Assembly (NCBI GenBank): GCA_023898505.1
Contig: CP060226.1
Coordinates: forward strand, 159,420 to 191,419
DNA from: Candidatus Peribacteria bacterium
Lineage (GTDB): Bacteria; Patescibacteriota; Gracilibacteria; BD1-5; UBA6164
Direction of reading: 5' to 3'
Length of the DNA: 32,000 nt
The number at the start of each line of letters is the position of its first letter. Within the stretch, counting starts at the first letter, position 1. Made by a program: the position numbers and the translations under genes. Positions 1-10,792 of this stretch are shown here, piece after piece. The notes beneath the pieces were generated by a model. The model made no database searches, was not told the origin of the DNA, and saw only the letters and a program-made list of their open reading frames with translations.

Positions 1-132
1 AGATATTGTGAAGTATGTGATGTACTTCCAGTTGAGATGTCATCCTGAACTTGATTCAGGATCTCTTCTACAAAGATAGGAAGTCTCTTATATAAGCGTT
101 CTGAACAGCGCGTAGGAAGAGAAATATTTAAG

Positions 133-160
133 TTGAAAATTAAATAAAGTGTGGTATAAT
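133..160 (+). promoter_or_regulatory. sigma70-like promoter (TTGAAA, 16-nt spacer, TGgTATAAT)
   Basis: TTGAAA at 133..138 and extended -10 TGGTATAAT at 152..160 with a 16-nt spacer, about 35 nt upstream of the first possible start of the 194..1720 ORF. Sequence pattern only. Confidence 0.4.
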
Positions 161-193
161 AACTTAAAAGTATTATACCTAAATTATTAAATC

Positions 194-1720
194 GTGTGTA
201 TTCTTCATTTTCAGGATGTTTCTTCTGGCTTAGATAAAGTTCATTTTCTAGATGAGGCTCATGGAAGAAAGTGTAATACAGTTTGCGAACTAACTCAAGG
301 TGATGTAAACGATCTATTAGAGACTCCCTCTCAATTACATACTACCTGAAAAGCAAAATATAGTATTCTAGATCTTATGGGGCTCAAATTTTCTCATATT
401 GAGGCATTAGTAACTTTCATCCAACAAAATTTCAAAATAGATGCAAATAGTCCTGAAGGGATGTTACAATTAAATCGTGTATATGATGAGGTGTGTAAGA
501 TATATCAAACAAGATATCTACGTGTACTACCAGATTCTTTAAAACCAAATAACTGAAAGCCGTATTTTAGAGATATTAAGGCAATATTTTCATATCTTAG
601 TGGAACTGGTCTTTGAAATATAGGTATCATGAAGTGTGAACTTGCAAAATTATTTTTTGCTGTAGGGACGAGTTTACATGATCTAAAGATTACATGATTA
701 CATGAAAATCATTCAGATATTATTACCCAAATAAGAAAAGGAGTACAAATTGATACAATAGATTGACAACCGGATGTATTAGAAGGAGTATACACTTTTC
801 AGAGATGATGAGAAAGACAAACATGACATACTGCTTTATTTACCCTTTTTTGACGCCCTAAAAGTCATGCATCAGTTGTAGGAAAAGAAGTAGGAAATGC
901 TTCGTATTGTAGTTTAGATGACTTCAAAGACTTGCATGGAATTACCTTTGAAATACAAGAGGGTGATAAACAGGGGCTTATATATTTACTACAAAATTAT
1001 TATCAGAGATGACTATTTATAGAGTGAGAGGTTGAAATTGAAAATAAAGAATTATTAAGTGAAGATGATGTAACCGCAACCCAGAATCTTGATGGAGAAT
1101 TTAAACATATACTGTTGGCGGCTATTGCAAAATCTAAAAGAAAGACTGAAGAGAAACGAGAAAGAAAATGATCATCTCATAGATATGAAGATATTAAACT
1201 AAAGGGAAAAATAAAAGTAAAAAATCCTCTAGGAGAACATAAGGCAGATATTATAACTGGTTTAGAAATAAAATTTACACTAGAAGGAAATCAAAATGAA
1301 TATGGACTTGCTTTTCATCCCATAGTCGATTATAAAAAAAGGTTTAGAGAGTTAACTCGTCTTTCTTGAAGGATTCGTAGAAAAGACATATTAAATTTTG
1401 TAAATGAGTTTTTTGAGACTCTTGATGAAAACCTTAACTATAAGCGTAAAGATAGAAGTGAATATCTAGAGGAATTATTCTTAGATCTTAAAGAAAAAGG
1501 ATGTTTACCTCGAGAAATGGTTCTAGACCCACTTGATTCACAATTCGAGAAAAAATTGGCGATATGATTATTTAAGCATTTTGAAAGTGAGCTTATTCCT
1601 GTAAAAAGGAGTAAAAAGACGAAAAATGTTTTTTATGTACATCCTGATTATGAGGTACTTGCTGAGGCTGGTATTATGAGTCCGTTGTATCATGTACAAT
1701 TACCACCGTGAAATTACTAA
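194..1720 (+). CDS. hypothetical protein, UGA-rich; possible RelA/SpoT-like nucleotidyltransferase core
   Basis: The frame is open from TAA 188..190 to TAA 1718..1720 only if about 15 in-frame TGA are sense codons. The standard-code track shows no ORF here. Start is uncertain (GTG 194; first in-frame ATG at 377). The central region (RPKSHASVVGKEV..DLHGITFEIQ, GSSHRYEDIKL, GLEIKFTLEG..HPIVDYKK) loosely follows the RelA/SpoT motif order. Confidence 0.55.
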
Positions 1721-1793
1721 TAAAATAGAAGATACAAAATAATCATAATCACTGGAATAAAAATCAAAGCATACACCAGTCTCTCGTCCATAC

Positions 1794-3245
1794 TTATCTT
1801 TTAGATATAAACTTACCTCTGAGCACATAACGATCTAGTTCAGTGATTTGTACATGGACGGCATCCCCTTCTTGTAGATCTTCTGGTGCTTCAAAGAATA
1901 CTTCTTTAAAATTACGAGTTCTTCCATAAAAGCTTTCATCTTTTTTCCCAGAAATAAGAACCTCCTCTTCCCTTCCGATCATCATCTGATTACGTTTCGT
2001 AATATTTTCAAGTAGGGTGTCGTTGAGAATATGCCAGCGCTCAGCCTTGACGCTATCAGGGATATCATCAGGGTACATCTTTTCAGCCAGTGTTCCTTTG
2101 CGGACACTATAGCGGGCATTGAAAGCAAAATCAAACTCACACTCACGAAATGCGCGTAGGGTATCTTGAAACATCGCTTCTGTTTCTCCAGAAAAGCCAA
2201 CGATGATATCAGTAGAAATCGAAAACAATGGATCTTTTGAACGAAGATAGTCTACCTGTCTTTTAAAGTCTTCATAGGTATGTTTACGATTCATACGCTT
2301 GAGCATCTCGTTTGACCCCGATTGTAGGGCAAAGTGGAGATAGGGGCAAGTATGTTGGAGATCAAAATGGGCATCCAAGATATCTTGGGTCATATCGTGA
2401 GGATTACTGGAGGTGAAACGAATTCTCTCTATACCATTTATCCCATCTATATCGTTCAAGAGTTTTCGAAATGGCGATTCCCCTATTCATTCGTTCCAAC
2501 TACTTTTTTCAGTATTCCAAAGTTTCTTTTCCACAAACTGTTTTCCGTACGAGTTTACGTTTTGCCCGACAAGGGTGATTTCTTTTATCCCTGATCTTGC
2601 TACCTCCTCAACTTCCCTGATAATCTCATCGTGTGGACGAGAGATTTCTTTTCCACGAGTATAAGGAACGATACAAAAGCTACAGTAGTTATCACACCCT
2701 GTTTGGATGATAATGGGGGCTGAAGCCTTTGATTCTCAGTGTTGCTTGACTTTGAGATAGTCATCAAAGCTATGTTCTTTTCCGATAGAAGTTCCTGTGA
2801 TATGGCTTAAAATAAGAGGAATGTATTTCACCTCTTCTATGCGAAGTACGAAATCAATCAGGGGTGATCTGGGAAAGAGTTTATCATCCGCATTAAAAAT
2901 TCCGTCTTTTGTTTCTAAAAGTTCTATCTTCTTTGCGCGTTTTCTTTCTGTATCTGTAGAAAGATATGATTGATTCATCCCCGTTTTACGAACCATACAT
3001 CCCGTAATCCCGATGACGGGCTTTGGTCTGTTGTTGTACTTTGCTTGGTCTGATACTTCCCTCATAAATCCAAATACTCGGTCTTCCCCCTTTTGACGAA
3101 CAGAACAGGTATTAAATACCACAAGGTCTGCAGTTGAGATATCTTTGGCCTTCATAAGTCCTGATTGCAATAAAATCATATGAATCTTTTCACTATCCGC
3201 CTGATTCATCGCGCACCCAAATGTCTGAATAAAATATGATTTCAT
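1794..3245 (-). CDS. miaB: tRNA methylthiotransferase MiaB (radical SAM)
   Basis: Track fragments 1794..2459 and 2736..3245 share one frame (1452 nt) and are joined through two in-frame TGA. Contains the N-terminal [11 protein letters not shown] motif, the radical-SAM motif GCDNYCSFC in the untracked gap, and a C-terminal TRAM-like domain. Stop is TAA. Confidence 0.85.
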
Positions 3246-3381
3246 AAACTATTGATAAGTAATGAGCCTATTGTATGAAAAAAGACACAAAATCAAGCAT
3301 GAGTGAGAGATTTTCAAATTCATTTGCTTTTAATAAATATATTACTAGGATGTGTCCGTTTTATTTTTTTACTTTTGGCTT

Positions 3382-3843
3382 ATGGAAATACAAAAGTATA
3401 TGAAGGATCCAGTAACGATAAACTCTAACAAGAGCTATAAAGATGCGGTACAATTGATGACCGACTCAAGAAGTAATGCACTTATGGTAGTTGATGATGC
3501 CGGGAAACTTCTCGGAGGGATTGATATCGTGACCCTTATTAAGGTGGCAATTCCGGAGTATCTAAAGGGTGATAAAGAGGCTACTCATATTGCATCTCAT
3601 TTTGTCCCAGACAATTTGTTTGATACCTATATTCACGATGTACAAGATACACCGATAAAAGATTTTTATTTTGAGTATTCAAAGGTAGTAACTCCAAAAT
3701 CATCAGTTACAGAAGCAGCTATTAAGGCAACAGAAGGAAGACAATCAAAGATTCCTGTTGTGGATGAGGACGGAAAACCTCTTGGAATTCTCACGAGAGG
3801 ATGCATCAGAAAAATTATCGCTTCTGAACTCGGAATTCAATAA
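3382..3843 (+). CDS. CBS-domain pair protein
   Basis: MEIQKYMKDPVTINSN..ALMVVDDAGKLLGGIDIVTLIK and a second ..KIPVVDEDGKPLGILTRGCIRK repeat are typical of tandem CBS domains. ATG 3382 is preferred over the GTG at 3352 used by the track. No in-frame TGA. Confidence 0.75.
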   Translation: MEIQKYMKDPVTINSNKSYKDAVQLMTDSRSNALMVVDDAGKLLGGIDIVTLIKVAIPEYLKGDKEATHIASHFVPDNLFDTYIHDVQDTPIKDFYFEYSKVVTPKSSVTEAAIKATEGRQSKIPVVDEDGKPLGILTRGCIRKIIASELGIQ

Positions 3844-3872
3844 TTATTTAGTTTTTAAATCATATTTTTCAA

Positions 3873-5240
3873 ATGGATACACATACAGGAACTGAAGTGG
3901 TTATGTCTGTTGTAGAAAATACTGCTATGGACTCTGGAATAGGTTTTTGGGTAAGTATAGTGATATTTGCAATTACCTTCGCTATCATTTTAACAGAAAG
4001 AATTCATAGGTCTGTTATTGGTCTTATCTGAGCCCTTATTATGGTAATTGCGGGGATGTTTTTTGGTTTTTATTCTCCTGAACTTGCAAAAGAAGCACTC
4101 GATTTTAATACTCTGGGATTACTCTTTGGTATGATGATTATTGTGGGTATACTTGAACATACTGGAGCCTTTCAATACCTCGGAATTAAAGTAGCAAAAA
4201 AAACAGGTGGTGACTTATGGAAGCTAACCGTAGCACTCGGGACACTCACAACAGTACTCTCTCTGATATTAGATAATGTTACTACGATTATTCTTATCGT
4301 TCCAATTACACTCATCATCGCGAAGATGCTGAAGCTTAATCCTACTCCGATTCTGATGGCGGAAGCACTGCTTTCAGATACAGGGTGAGTAGCGACACTT
4401 GTCGGGGATCCACCAAATATCATGATTGGTTCTGCTGCTGGTTTCAGTTTTAATGATTTCTTGATTCATTCATTACCGATTGTGTTTGTTGCTTGGATTG
4501 CGACACTGATTACACTAAAAATTGTCTTTAGAAAAGAGTTTCAAGAAGGAACACATCCTGATCATATTGAACAACTGAATCAAATGAATGAAAAGGATGC
4601 CATTACTGATCCAAAAACACTAAAAAAGATACTTATGGTTCTTGGACTGGTTGTGTTGTTATTCTTTGTGCATCATATGATCCATATGGAACCATCTATG
4701 GTAGCTATCATCTGAGCGGCGATTGCTCTTATCCTCGTATCTGCGACAAAAGATCCTCAAAAAATCCTTGAAAAAACCGATCTATCTGTACTTCTTTTCT
4801 TTGGTTCTCTCTTTATTATTGTTGGAGGACTTGAACATGCTGGAGTACTTGAAGAACTTGCACAGCTTATCACTTCTGGAGCCGAAGGAAACATCTTGGT
4901 GACAGCACTAGTTATTCTTTGGGTATCGGCAGTACTTTCTGCACTCGTAGATAATATCCCAATGACAGTGGCTATGCTTCCAATTCTTGCATACCTCCAA
5001 TATGAAGTACAGCTTGAGGGGTATCAGCTCTTATGGTGGGCGCTTGTATTTGGTGTGGGTTTTGGAGGAAATGCTTCTCCAATTGGTTCAACTGCCAATG
5101 TAATTGTAGTGTCAAAATCAGAACAAACCGATACTCCTATTACCTTTATGGGATGGATGAAAAGCTGACTTTCTACGTCAGTAGTATCGCTTCTCGTAGC
5201 ATCGATATGATTGTATATATTGTCACTTTTCTTGGCATAG
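3873..5240 (+). CDS. ArsB/NhaD-superfamily (SLC13/YbiR-like) permease
   Basis: ATG 3873 plus track pieces 4041.., 4422.. and 4896.. share one frame and are joined by in-frame TGA. The motif DTG[TGA]VATLVGDPPNIMIGS matches the family with Gly at the TGA. TGA at 5166 and 5208 read through to TAG 5238..5240, adding a final hydrophobic helix. Confidence 0.8.
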
Positions 5241-5244
5241 TAGG

Positions 5245-5271
5245 AAACAGGAAGTAGTATACTTCCTGTTT
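5245..5271 (+). terminator. rho-independent terminator
   Basis: 11-bp stem AAACAGGAAGT / ACTTCCTGTTT with loop AGTAT, followed by a T run, immediately after the permease stop. Confidence 0.7.
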
Positions 5272-5298
5272 TTCACTTTTATTTTATTACCTTTCTTT

Positions 5299-7434
5299 AT
5301 GGAAGATTTACAGTTCTTGTTTGCTACACTTTCTCTCATTTTCCTCTTATTTATTTCGAGCTTTGTATATATTTTCTCCAAGAAGATAAAGGTTCCGTAT
5401 ACGGTATTACTCGTTGTAGTAGGGCTGCTTCTCATTCCTCTCTCTACGAATCCATTTTTCTCGTTTATCGATGATTTTCGACTCACTCCCGAAGTACTCT
5501 TTTTTGTTTTTCTTCCGGTACTCTTATTTGAATCTTCGTACAACATCAATTATAAGCAGATTATCAAGGAGTGGAAACCGGTAGCTGGTCTTGCTATACT
5601 TGGACTTATTGTTTCTACGATTATTATTTCAGTACTGCTCTATGGTATTTTCTACTTTGCAGATGTCGAAATACCTTTCTTAGTATTATTATTATTTGGT
5701 GCATTAATCTCTGCAACGGATCCAGTGGCAGTACTCGCAATATTCAAAAAAATGTGAGCTCCTTGTCGTTTAGCTCTGATCTTTGAAGGAGAAAGTTTAT
5801 TCAACGATGGTACGGCAGTGGCTCTATTTATGGTAATACTTGGAATCATCCTAGAAGGACATATTTTATGACTAGAAACGGTTTCTCTCGGAGTTCTTTC
5901 TTTTGTTTCGATGGTATTTTGAGGTCTTATATTTTGAGGAATCATGGGAATACTCTTTTCAAAGATTCTTGGGTCTATTCGTTATAACGAAGAAGCGGAA
6001 GTAACGATCACCATGATTTCTGCTCATGCGACATTTTTACTTGCAGAATTGATTACTTACTTCTCTCACTTTACTCCCCTTTCTGGAGTAATTGCAACCG
6101 TGACCTGTAGTATCATCATCGGAAACTATGGGAAGTATAAAATCACTCCTCGTGTAGAACAGCATATGCAAAGATTCTGGGAGTTTTTTGCATTTATTGC
6201 CAATACTGTCGTATTTATATTGATGGGGATCACTCTTTCCTATCTAGAAGTGGATATGATGTACTTTGTACCATTTATCGTAATTTCTATTATTGTGGTA
6301 GCGATTGCAAGAGCTGGAAGTGTCTATGGAGTTGTAGGAATATTAAATAAATTTGCAAAAGGTGATGAGCGCATCCCTATGACTTGGCAACACCTACTTT
6401 CTTGGGGAAGCCTTCGTTGAGCTTTAGCTATTATTATGGTACTCTTGATTCCTGGAAAGGGGGAGCCTGGATATATACACTTATTACACTTTCAGGAACA
6501 GGTAGGGTGGAGCTTTCCTTTTGATGTACAGGAGTTTTTACTTGTTCTTACCATTGGAAGTGTTATGTTTACGTTGTTTATTAAAGCAACAACGATTTCC
6601 TATATTATGCATCGTCTCAAAGTAGATAAGCTTGGAGATCTGGAAGAACTTGAGTACGAGGAGGGAAAGATTCTGTCTAACTTCAAGATCTTGAATAAAC
6701 TTGAGAATTCTTATAAAAAGGCATATCTATCACAAATTGAATATAGTGAACTGTTTCAGAAATATGAAAATAGACTCAAAAACGCTCTTTTTAACATAAA
6801 AGCAATCCTTAAAAATAACGAAGAAAATGAACTTCAATTAATAGCAAAAGCCTTATCTCTCCATGCACTCTGAATAGAAAAACAGTACTTAAAAGACCTC
6901 TTTATGTACAATGAAATTGATGAGAAGAACTTTAAGTATATCTTGAGAAAGATTGAACAACAAATATATAGAATCGAGGAATGAAGAGGGCAAATTCGTT
7001 CTATTAGCTGAGAAACTGAGGATTATGATATTTTTACGAAGTTATTTTTCAGATTTTTTAGAAACTTCGATAATCCTATCAATGAATATATCAGAAATAG
7101 AGCCAAGGCGATTATTACCAGTAAAGTAATTACTGAGCTTCGTATGCTCTCAGAAATTGATTTTGGTTTTGATAAAACTTTTTTTGATGATATCATAGAG
7201 CTCTATGCTCAGTTCAATAAAAGTGCAGAAAAAAAGAAAAATATGATTTCTCTTGAGATTCGTGCAACAATTATGGGGTTGGAGTCTCGTCTTGTAGATA
7301 AGTCATTACTACGCCTTGAAGAAGAAGTTCTAAAGGATCTCTTCCAAAAAGAAATTATCACTCCAAAGCTCTATATCAAGTTTATGGATGAAATCGAAGA
7401 AGAGATGTTTATGGATGTAAAAAGATTATCATAA
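5299..7434 (+). CDS. CPA1-family Na+/H+ antiporter (NhaP-type) with long cytoplasmic C-terminal domain
   Basis: Track pieces 5299.., 5944.., 6436.. and 7144.. share one frame (2136 nt) and are joined by about 8 in-frame TGA with no TAA/TAG. The signature KM[TGA]APCRLALIFEGESLFNDGTAVALF matches LGAPxRL..EGESLxNDG. Confidence 0.85.
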
Positions 7435-7435
7435 T

Positions 7436-7472
7436 AAAAAAGAGTCCCGCATCACCTGTGGGACTCTTTTTT
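7436..7472. terminator. bidirectional rho-independent terminator between convergent genes
   Basis: Stem AGAGTCCC / GGGACTCT flanked by an A run on the left and a T run on the right. The stop of the minus-strand gene (7471..7473) lies in its T run. Confidence 0.7.
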
Positions 7473-7905
7473 ATTGACTTGTTCCAGTTGCACTCGCTTC
7501 TTCTTGTACTTTTTGTACAGCATCAACGACTTGTCAGATAGCGTCTATCGTCTCTCCCGTCTGTTCTATGAGGGCTTTTCCTTCGATATATACATCTCCA
7601 GCTCCAGAAAGTGTTTGTCGTACCTCATCTATCTTTCATTTGGTAATATCAATCCCCTCTTTTGCTTTTTCACTATACTCTACCGCTCCACTATATATAG
7701 TAGTATACGCGTGTTCAAGTTCTTCTTTTGTTGGGATATTGGTTACCGTGTCATCAAATGTAGACTTGAAACTAATAATTCCTTGGCTTAGGTGTGGGAG
7801 TCAGAAAAAATCCTCTACAAGTTGTACCCTCGTAGGAAAGTTATATGCTAAAAGTGTGTATCCGACGATAATGATGATCAGAAGAAAATAGATTTTCTTT
7901 AACAT
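7471..7905 (-). CDS. hypothetical membrane-anchored protein (144 aa)
   Basis: Runs from ATG at 7905 to TAA at 7471, 435 nt, with three in-frame TGA. N-terminal hydrophobic anchor MLKKIYFLLIIIIVGYTLLAY. The plus-strand track ORFs here are antisense and low-complexity. Confidence 0.55.
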
Positions 7906-7955
7906 TGGAAGTAGTGTGTTATGTATGTATCGAAAATAAAAAATTTACAGTAATG

Positions 7956-7973
7956 ATCCCGAGTACTCGGGAT
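7956..7973 (-). terminator. perfect 18-bp palindrome, possible terminator
   Basis: ATCCCGAGTACTCGGGAT lies downstream of the 8008 stop on the minus strand. A T run follows, but about 12 nt away. Confidence 0.4.
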
Positions 7974-8007
7974 GACAAGGAAGATTTCTTTATTTTCTAC
8001 AAAGTAG

Positions 8008-8427
8008 TTATTTATCTCCGAGTAGGTCTTCAACACTACAATGAGTAGGTTTGAGATCTTTACTCAAATCAATGATTTCTTCATCTTTGATAAGACTTTC
8101 CTCAGTGTTTTTTGAAGAAACTGGAGTATGTGAAAGTCTTTTATTTTTGAGAATCACTTCAAGTCATTGACGAAGACCACTGAGGCGTTCTTTTAGTTTT
8201 TCGATACTTTCAGCGTTAATATTCATCATATTGAGATCTATTTGTGCAACCTCAGCTTTTACCATAGAGTGTTTCTCACATTTTGGACACTCGATATCGA
8301 TATTGATATTTGATCCAGCTGCCCCGATAATATCGATAGAAGTATCTTCTACTCCAGATCCACACATGGGACACTTATAACTGCTTACAAGAGATTCAAT
8401 CACTCATTTTAGTCCTTGGTAGTTCAT
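8008..8427 (-). CDS. zinc-ribbon protein (CPxC..CPxC), 139 aa
   Basis: ATG 8427, with TGA at 8404 and 8164 read through to TAA 8008..8010. Carries four Cys in two CPxC pairs (CPMCGSG .. CPKCEKH). Confidence 0.55.
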
Positions 8428-8476
8428 ATTTCGTGTTTAATGAATACAAGTAATCTACGATTATTATATCGTAATA

Positions 8477-9946
8477 TTATATTTGTTTCAAAATATTTTC
8501 GATTCTTTCTATTGACTTTTCTTTCCCGAGGATATAAACAAGTTCAAGAGCCCCAGGAGAAAACTCTTCTCCACTCAGTGCTACACGTACAGGCCAAAGC
8601 ACCTGTCCATTTTTATATCCAGCATTGCTGATACCAGAGATAAAGGCATCTTTTATACTCTCTAAACTTCCTACATCCGTTGTTTCTAAGATACTACGAG
8701 CAAGTTTCAAAGCCTCTTGCACCATGGTCATATCCGTAATCTTCATCTTTTCATGTAAAAAGAGGCTTGTATCTACAGCTCCTACTTCTCCATAGAAAAA
8801 CTTTGTCAGTTCTGGTAAATCGCTAAATTTCTTAATGCGTGTCGTCAATTCTCTGAGAATCTTCATATTATAGGATTCATCATAGGATTGTATCTTCACA
8901 AGAAACTCTGTATTGTAGCGCTCTAAATAGGTTATCCACTTATGATAGAGCATATCAATATCCATAGATTTCAAATAGTGGGCATTGAAAAAATCAAGAC
9001 GATCGACATCAAAAATAGCCCCAGCCTTATGTACGTGCTCCAGATTAAATCTTGCAATCAGTTCCGTGATCGTAAAAAACTCTTCTGTGGTTTTTGGATT
9101 CCACCCCAAAAGGGCAATATAGTTAATGAGTGCCTCAGTTAAATACCCTTTTTCTAAGTATTGTTCTACCGCGACATCTCCTGTTCTTTTTGAAAGTTTT
9201 TTCTTGTCTATCCCAAGAAGGAGGGGGATATGACTAAACGTTGGAGGAGTCCAACCAAAGGCTTCATAGAGGAGGATGTGTTTTGGGGTACTTGGAGTCC
9301 ACTCATCTCCACGAATAACGTGGGTGACATTCATCAAGTGATCATCTACCACATTGGCAAGATGATAGGTAGGAAAACCGTCAGATTTTAAGAGGACTTG
9401 ATCATCGATATCTTTGGTATGCACCGTTACTTTTCCTTTAATCGTATCATGAAATACTACTTCCCTATCTTTTGGTACCTTGAGACGAACCGTATATGGT
9501 ACTCCTGCATCGAGTTGTTCTTGTATTTCTTCAGCTGTCATATAACGACAGTGCCCATCATATTTAGTAGGAAGAGAAAGCTCTTGTTGTTCTTTTCTTA
9601 GCGTATCAAGACGTTCACTACTACAAAAACAATAATAGGCCATATCACTATCGATGAGCTGTTGCACATACTGTGTATAGATATCGAGTCTCTCTGACTG
9701 ATAGTATGGTCCGAGATCTCCCGGGTTATTTGGTCCTTCGTCAGGAATCAGCCCGACAGAGGCGAGTACTTTGAGCATATTTTCTATACTTCCCTCGACA
9801 TAACGAGTACGATCTGTATCCTCTACTCTGAGCATAAACTTACCGTTATGTTGTTTGGCATAAAGATAGTTATATAAAACAGTTCTCAGACTTCCGATAT
9901 GAAGATACCCAGTAGGACTTGGAGCAAAGCGAGTAACAACGGTCAT
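8477..9946 (-). CDS. gltX: glutamyl-tRNA synthetase
   Basis: Intact 489-aa ORF. N-terminus RFAPSPTGYLHIGSLRT (HIGH motif) and a KLSKR (KMSKS-type) motif. No in-frame TGA. Confidence 0.95.
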   Translation of the reverse strand: MTVVTRFAPSPTGYLHIGSLRTVLYNYLYAKQHNGKFMLRVEDTDRTRYVEGSIENMLKVLASVGLIPDEGPNNPGDLGPYYQSERLDIYTQYVQQLIDSDMAYYCFCSSERLDTLRKEQQELSLPTKYDGHCRYMTAEEIQEQLDAGVPYTVRLKVPKDREVVFHDTIKGKVTVHTKDIDDQVLLKSDGFPTYHLANVVDDHLMNVTHVIRGDEWTPSTPKHILLYEAFGWTPPTFSHIPLLLGIDKKKLSKRTGDVAVEQYLEKGYLTEALINYIALLGWNPKTTEEFFTITELIARFNLEHVHKAGAIFDVDRLDFFNAHYLKSMDIDMLYHKWITYLERYNTEFLVKIQSYDESYNMKILRELTTRIKKFSDLPELTKFFYGEVGAVDTSLFLHEKMKITDMTMVQEALKLARSILETTDVGSLESIKDAFISGISNAGYKNGQVLWPVRVALSGEEFSPGALELVYILGKEKSIERIENILKQI

Positions 9947-10142
9947 AAAAATTGTATTTACATTAATAATCCCTCCCTTCCACTTTGTTTCAGGAGCTCC
10001 CTTTGAAAAAGGGAGAAAAAAGATGTATATTCCTTAGTGTAACAAATTTTATGTGTTTGTAAACCTCAATTATGTGCAAATATTTCTGAATGGAGCAGAT
10101 TTTTGCTATACTAAAGATATATTTTATTTCTAAATTATCTCT

Positions 10143-10766
10143 ATGACTGTAGTAGCCCAGAAAAAGAAATCGCTTGATCTTGTGAGTACCCTAATCCCAA
10201 CGGTTATCGATAAAACTCCACAAGGAGAAAGAGCTTATGATATTTACTCTCGTTTACTGGAAGATAGGGTTATATTTTTAGGAGAAGCGATTGATAGTGC
10301 GGTAGCAAATACGGTTATTGCACAGTTGCTGTTTCTTGAAAAACAAGACTCAAAAGCAGGTATTACGATGTATGTAAACTCTCCAGGGGGACACGTGACA
10401 GCAGGTCTTGCCATCTATGATACGATGCAGTATGTGAGCTGTCCAGTAACAACGGTTTCTATCGGATTATCCGCCTCTATGGGTTCTATTATCCTAGCAG
10501 GAGGAGAAAAAGGAAAACGCTACGCACTTCCTCATAGTGAAATCATGATTCATCAACCACTTGGTGGAGCCGAAGGACAAGCAACCGATATCAAAATTGC
10601 CGCAGAGCATATCATCCGTACAGGAGCTAGGCTCTATAAAATACTTGCAAAGCATACCGGTAAATCTGTAGAACAGGTAGAAAAAGACTGTGATAGAGAT
10701 AACTTTATGACCGCCGAGGAGGCCCTTGCATACGGTTTGATTGATAAAATTATTAAAAATAAATAA
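10143..10766 (+). CDS. clpP: ATP-dependent Clp protease proteolytic subunit
   Basis: Intact 207-aa ORF with a catalytic triad context ([21 protein letters not shown]). No in-frame TGA. Confidence 0.95.
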   Translation: MTVVAQKKKSLDLVSTLIPTVIDKTPQGERAYDIYSRLLEDRVIFLGEAIDSAVANTVIAQLLFLEKQDSKAGITMYVNSPGGHVTAGLAIYDTMQYVSCPVTTVSIGLSASMGSIILAGGEKGKRYALPHSEIMIHQPLGGAEGQATDIKIAAEHIIRTGARLYKILAKHTGKSVEQVEKDCDRDNFMTAEEALAYGLIDKIIKNK

Positions 10767-10792
10767 AAGAGCGGAATATCCGCTCTTTTATT
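10762..10792. repeat. 31-nt direct repeat copy 1; also a bidirectional terminator hairpin
   Basis: AATAAAAGAGCGGAATATCCGCTCTTTTATT is identical to 16179..16209. Stem AAAAGAGCGG / CCGCTCTTTT. It overlaps the clpP stop (10764..10766) and the DUF262-HNH stop (10788..10790). Confidence 0.85.

Noticed and set aside
42-62. 8-bp hairpin ATCCTGAA-CTTGA-TTCAGGAT near the window start, considered as a terminator.
   Set aside because: No T run follows on either strand. It may lie inside the 3' end of a gene cut by the window edge, which cannot be decided.
2-79. Possible 3' end of an upstream plus-strand gene (..DIVKYVMYFQLRCHPELDSGSLLQR*).
   Set aside because: Only 25 codons are visible, with no motif. 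An equally open minus-strand frame exists. Not callable.
7474-7891. Plus-strand track ORFs 7474..7791 and 7568..7891.
   Set aside because: They are Ser/Phe/Cys-rich low-complexity translations antisense to a coherent recoded minus-strand gene (7471..7905) that has a TM anchor.
9997-10015. Hairpin CTCCCTTT-GAA-AAAGGGAG in the gltX/clpP divergent intergenic region, considered as a terminator, riboswitch or T-box.
   Set aside because: It lacks a T tract in either orientation. The leader is too short and shows no T-box features I can recognise. Possibly regulatory, but unsupported.
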